Assembly (NCBI GenBank): GCA_964636675.1
Contig: CAZWUO010000002.1
Coordinates: 1-61,457, forward strand
Reading direction: 5' to 3'
Source: an uncultured Ectothiorhodospiraceae bacterium
Lineage (GTDB): Bacteria > Pseudomonadota > Gammaproteobacteria > S012-40
Length of the DNA: 61,457 nucleotides
Each line of letters opens with the position of its first letter. Positions within the stretch are counted from its first letter, which is position 1. Of this stretch, positions 60,652 to 61,457 are shown piece after piece. The notes beneath the pieces are model-generated. The model was not told the DNA's origin and made no database searches. It saw nothing but the letters and a program-made list of their open reading frames with translations. A program made the translations under genes and the position numbers.

Positions 60652-60769
60652 ATTTAGTTGCTATGTAGGGTTAGTATTGCACTGTTGAATTTGTCTGTTA
60701 TCAACACCAAAATTTCCTAAAAAAATTAAATATAATGACTAAACATTGTCATAGAAGAAAATTTGAGCA

Positions 60770-60961
60770 TTGAACCATCATAATACCGTATTAGCACAAT
60801 TACTCAAATTTATTCCCAAGCGTGATTCGAGGCCCTTACCACTTAGCATCATTTTTGTGGCGTTCTTTCTCCTGCGGTCACAGTTCATGACAATGGCGTA
60901 CGTCTTATCGATTCTCGTTTGGGTACCGTGTTCTTTGCTCAGCAGCTTTATAATATTATAG
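60770..60961 (+). pseudogene. degraded N-terminal fragment of an IS4-family (DUF4372-type) transposase
   Basis: HHNTVLAQLLKFIPKR matches the conserved N-terminus of these transposases. The homologous continuation appears to switch frames: (F)EALTT-stop-HH.CG in one frame, SQFMTMAY in another. The sequence then ends after about 65 codons. Confidence 0.4.
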
Positions 60962-61049
60962 CTTTCTTATCATTCTGACCACTACAATTGATGGTTACTA
61001 ATGTATCGGGGTTTTAGGTGTAGGCTCTAGGGAGAGGTTCTATCTCTCC

Positions 61050-61257
61050 CTAATTTAAAGAGGCATGCAAAGTTGATTTTATTCTAAGGCTATATAAGCA
61101 CTCTGCCATGTCGTAGAGAAAACGATCATCGATAAAAGCACTGGATATTGCTATGCAATTTTTTTCACTGATGCCCGCACGACGTAAATTATTGTCCCAC
61201 TAGTTTCTTACTGTTTTAATAATATGATCTATGATTGTTTCTGCTTCTTTTTTTGTT
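61050..61257 (-). pseudogene. C-terminal remnant of a HipA-family toxin-like gene with an in-frame stop
   Basis: The minus-strand translation is KKEAETIIDHIIKTVRN*WDNNLRRAGISEKNCIAISSAFIDD... It fits the HipA C-terminal pattern (A..I...V..W......G(I/V)S......). An in-frame TAG lies at 61200-61202, and no upstream part of the gene remains. Confidence 0.35.
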
Positions 61258-61457
61258 AAAAGTCAGCAATTTGAGAAGGCACATCTGGCTTTGGGGCGAT
61301 TGGACAGTATTTCCAGTCTTCTTCCTGACACCGGTATTTTCTTATATATGTATGTACGTAAAGAGGCGGTTTTGTCTTCAATGATAGAAGGTGTACAATC
61401 ATCTTTGGCGGATTTGTTATTGTTCGAATTGGAGGAGCGCCGGGTGTGCCGGTGGAT
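61231..61457 (+). CDS. Fic-family protein, N-terminal (Fic_N) region; N-terminally shortened and running off the window end
   Basis: The frame is open from the ATG at 61231 to the window end and is not in the ORF track. ...AHLALGRLDSISSLLPDTGIFLYMYVRKEAVLSSMIEGVQSSLADLLLFE matches the Fic_N pattern (..rkEAv.SS.IEG...sl.dLl..e). Confidence 0.5.
   Translation, partial: MIVSASFFVKSQQFEKAHLALGRLDSISSLLPDTGIFLYMYVRKEAVLSSMIEGVQSSLADLLLFELEERRVCRW

Noticed and set aside
60770-60961. The 63-aa ORF as an intact small membrane protein.
   Set aside because: Its first 16 residues match a transposase N-terminus, and the homologous continuation appears in other frames. It is better explained as an IS remnant.

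Overview
All calls below come from reading the six-frame ORF track and the sequence by eye; no searches were run. The window looks like a chromosomal segment of a moderately AT-rich Gram-negative genome, probably gammaproteobacterial. That guess rests on a MogA close to the E. coli protein and on a czcCBA operon.

Layout:
- 0.1-5.2 kb: housekeeping and regulatory genes. These are an AmmeMemoRadiSam-type radical SAM enzyme, mog, a Crp-family regulator, a DUF2892 membrane protein and an OmpR/HK two-component pair.
- 5.4-7.3 kb: a visibly AT-richer patch. It holds copies of a MITE-like inverted-repeat element, a LuxR-type regulator with a degenerate receiver, and a receiver-like ORF.
- 7.4-34.5 kb: 20 co-directional, tightly packed genes, several with overlapping stop/start codons. 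They encode a complete phage-tail-like extracellular contractile injection system (eCIS; Afp/PVC-like). Recognisable parts are the DUF4255 cap, two sheaths (one giant), two tube proteins, a LysM tube initiator and a gpD hub. Also present are a gpV spike, gp25, Baseplate_J, a gpI-like wedge, three paralogous fibre-like proteins, a candidate tape measure and an Afp15-like AAA+ ATPase. No capsid, portal, terminase, integrase or lysis genes are present.
- 34.7-42.9 kb: three consecutive proteins with an N-terminal DUF4157 (HExxH) module and unrelated C-terminal parts. I read these as the payload array. One is a 1699-aa protein with a metallo-beta-lactamase HxHxDH motif and a transmembrane block. 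Another has zinc phospholipase-C-like His/Asp motifs.
- 43-51.8 kb: a BT1-like transporter, a His-rich membrane protein, czcCBA and an ICMT-family methyltransferase.
- 52.5-57.3 kb: two large 7TM-type sensor kinases.
- 57.6-61.5 kb: vapBC followed by a strongly AT-rich, degraded accessory patch. It holds two secreted proteins (one with HExxH), an IS remnant, a HipA-like remnant and a truncated Fic gene that runs off the window.

No rRNA, tRNA or CRISPR array was seen.
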